The notes below the pieces were generated by a model. It was not told where the DNA came from and ran no database searches. It saw nothing but the letters and a program-made list of their open reading frames with translations. The translations under genes were made by a program, and so were the position numbers. Positions 62,410 to 64,000 of a stretch of DNA of 64,000 nucleotides are shown here, piece by piece (positions within the stretch are counted from its first letter, which is position 1; every line of letters starts with the position of its first letter). Source of the DNA: Podarcis gaigeae (taxonomy: Eukaryota); the NCBI GenBank assembly GCA_964106915.2, contig OZ066919.1; one strand, 5' to 3'.

Positions 62410-62817
62410 TGTTCTTTGTTGTTATCGTTTGGTTGTTCGCATCTGTCTGTCTTGAGAGTCAATAGCGTGTGCCTCTGGGGGTGAAGTCAAACTGCTGTGT
62501 TAGCAGCACCGAAGTGACCTCCCTGGGAGCAAGCCTGGGCAGTGGGTCTGGAGGTCCTGGGCTGCCCAGGCGGCAAGACCCCCTTCTTGGCCTCGCTAAT
62601 GGGGTCCAGAGGAAAGCAGAGCAAGGCGCCTGGCACCATTTGGCTGCAGGAGATGCCCTCAGGAGGCACGCAGGGCGCCATCCAGATTTCTGTAGGGTTT
62701 ACTCCTGAACCTTTTGTTTTCCCGAAGATAACCCCACAAGGCAGCAGAGGTTTAGGATCAAAGTTTTCCTTCTCCTAGATGGGCTACCTTCTCAGGTTGA
62801 TGAGTCCCAACTGCCCC
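62410..62817 (-). mobile_element. Second bipartite RTE-clade element
   Basis: Homologous to 35473-35988; (AAC)n-like tail. Confidence 0.65.
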
Positions 62818-63568
62818 TATATTAATTGTAAATTGTGTGTAATCCTGCATGGTAAGTCAATGTAAGTATCCTCCACATGCAGACATTTCCCCCTCTATTG
62901 TTAGTTATGCCAATGGTATTAATTATATAGCTCAGGGAACCTTTGACCCACCAGGTGTTGCTGAACTACAACTCCCATCAGCCCTGGCAAGCATGGGATG
63001 ATGAAAATTGTAGTTGAGAACCATATGGAGAGCCAAAGGTTCCCCCCACCTGCCCTAAGGGTCCTACAAAGAGTACATTTTCACAAGAGTGGAAACCACA
63101 AAAGGAGACAAGCTGAGAGCGAGGGAATAGCTGAATGGGAAGATGGGGATTATGAAGTTCACCAAAGTGGGTGGCTCCTGGCTCCTTCCCTGCAACATAC
63201 ACAAATCAAAAGAGGACAAGAATAGAGAGAAGGGTCTATTTCCCACATTTTACTTTACAAGCTCAAGGTTCACAATTGTTCTCTCTCCCCACTTCAGCAC
63301 CCCAAAAGCCACAATATCATGGCTTACAATCAGCTTCCAGCTTAAAATATACATGGCTTCCTGTTGTTTTGGATCTTCAGATGACGGGTGGTATACAAAT
63401 ATAATAAAGTAATCTTTAATGACAGATGTTATTTACCATATGGCTTTTACAAAGAACCTCAAGCTTGCTGGAGAATTAGGCATTCCCAAATCTTGAGCTA
63501 GGAAAGGGTGGAAGAGGTAAAATTGGCTCCTGGGATATAAAAAGGCAAGTAGGAAAACCATGTGGGAT

Positions 63569-63589
63569 TATATATATATATATATATAT
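63569..63589. repeat. (TA)n microsatellite
   Basis: Read directly. Confidence 0.9.
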
Positions 63590-64000
63590 GAACTGAGGAA
63601 TTGCCTAGTTGCATCTCAGGCATTACGATATGCCATCTCTCCGTTCCCTTCCCTATCTGGTCTTCAGATCTTGCCTAGCCCTGAATTGTTTGGGAGTCTT
63701 CCCTGGCTTATCTCAATAAGATAACCCAGCATCCCTCAGCCTGGGTTTAAGTCTGCAGGAACTGCCTTTGAAGACAGATCAGGACTCTGCTGGGAATGAG
63801 CAGGTGGGCAATGCAGGCCTCTGTGCAAGAGATCTGGCCTGGGCCTCTCATCCACTTTGCTGACACAGGGGAAATGAAAGGGCTACGGGGACAGGATGTT
63901 CCTTCACTTCCTAGGATGCAGGTCCTGGCATTTCACAGCAGTGCCATGTGCTCTTAAAGGGAACCTATGCAGATGTGAGAAGCTTTGTGAGTGCTCATAT

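Larger units (their letters stand above)
36692..64000 (-). other. NMNAT2: NMNAT2 intron 1 (partial, >27 kb)
   Basis: Exon 1 (GSFNPITKGH motif) was not found in the window. Confidence 0.8.

Noticed and set aside
36692-64000. NMNAT2 exon 1 or an alternative coding first exon
   Set aside because: No GSFNPITKGH-coding segment seen. The best ATG-donor candidate (near 41130-41105) is phase 2, whereas exon 2 needs phase 1.
1-64000. CRISPR array, prokaryotic operon or defence system, or endogenous viral coding sequence
   Set aside because: No regularly spaced repeat-spacer array, no gene-dense ORFs and no gag/pol/env or other viral ORF recognised; only solo LTRs.

Overview
Vertebrate genomic DNA, not prokaryotic. 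Sauria SINEs with young CR1, L2, hAT and Tigger-like elements point to a squamate, probably a lacertid lizard. The window holds two convergent genes. On the + strand are the last four coding exons and 3' UTR of laminin gamma-2 (LAMC2; 910-5826, likely 3' end ~7955). On the - strand are coding exons 2-11 of NMNAT2 (36691 down to 11448, likely 3' end ~8075). All exons have GT-AG boundaries and join in frame. NMNAT2 exon 1 is not in the window, so 36692-64000 is part of its long first intron. The rest is intronic, with many transposable elements, several delimited exactly by target-site duplications (TSDs). I found no convincing new biological system. The best leads are a 645-bp hAT element with promoter-like GC-rich cargo, transposon-supplied poly(A) signals behind a LAMC2 read-through stop, an intact antisense solo LTR, 3' ends only ~120 bp apart, and candidate NMNAT2 alternative polyadenylation. 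Gene and repeat-family names come from recalled sequences, not database searches.
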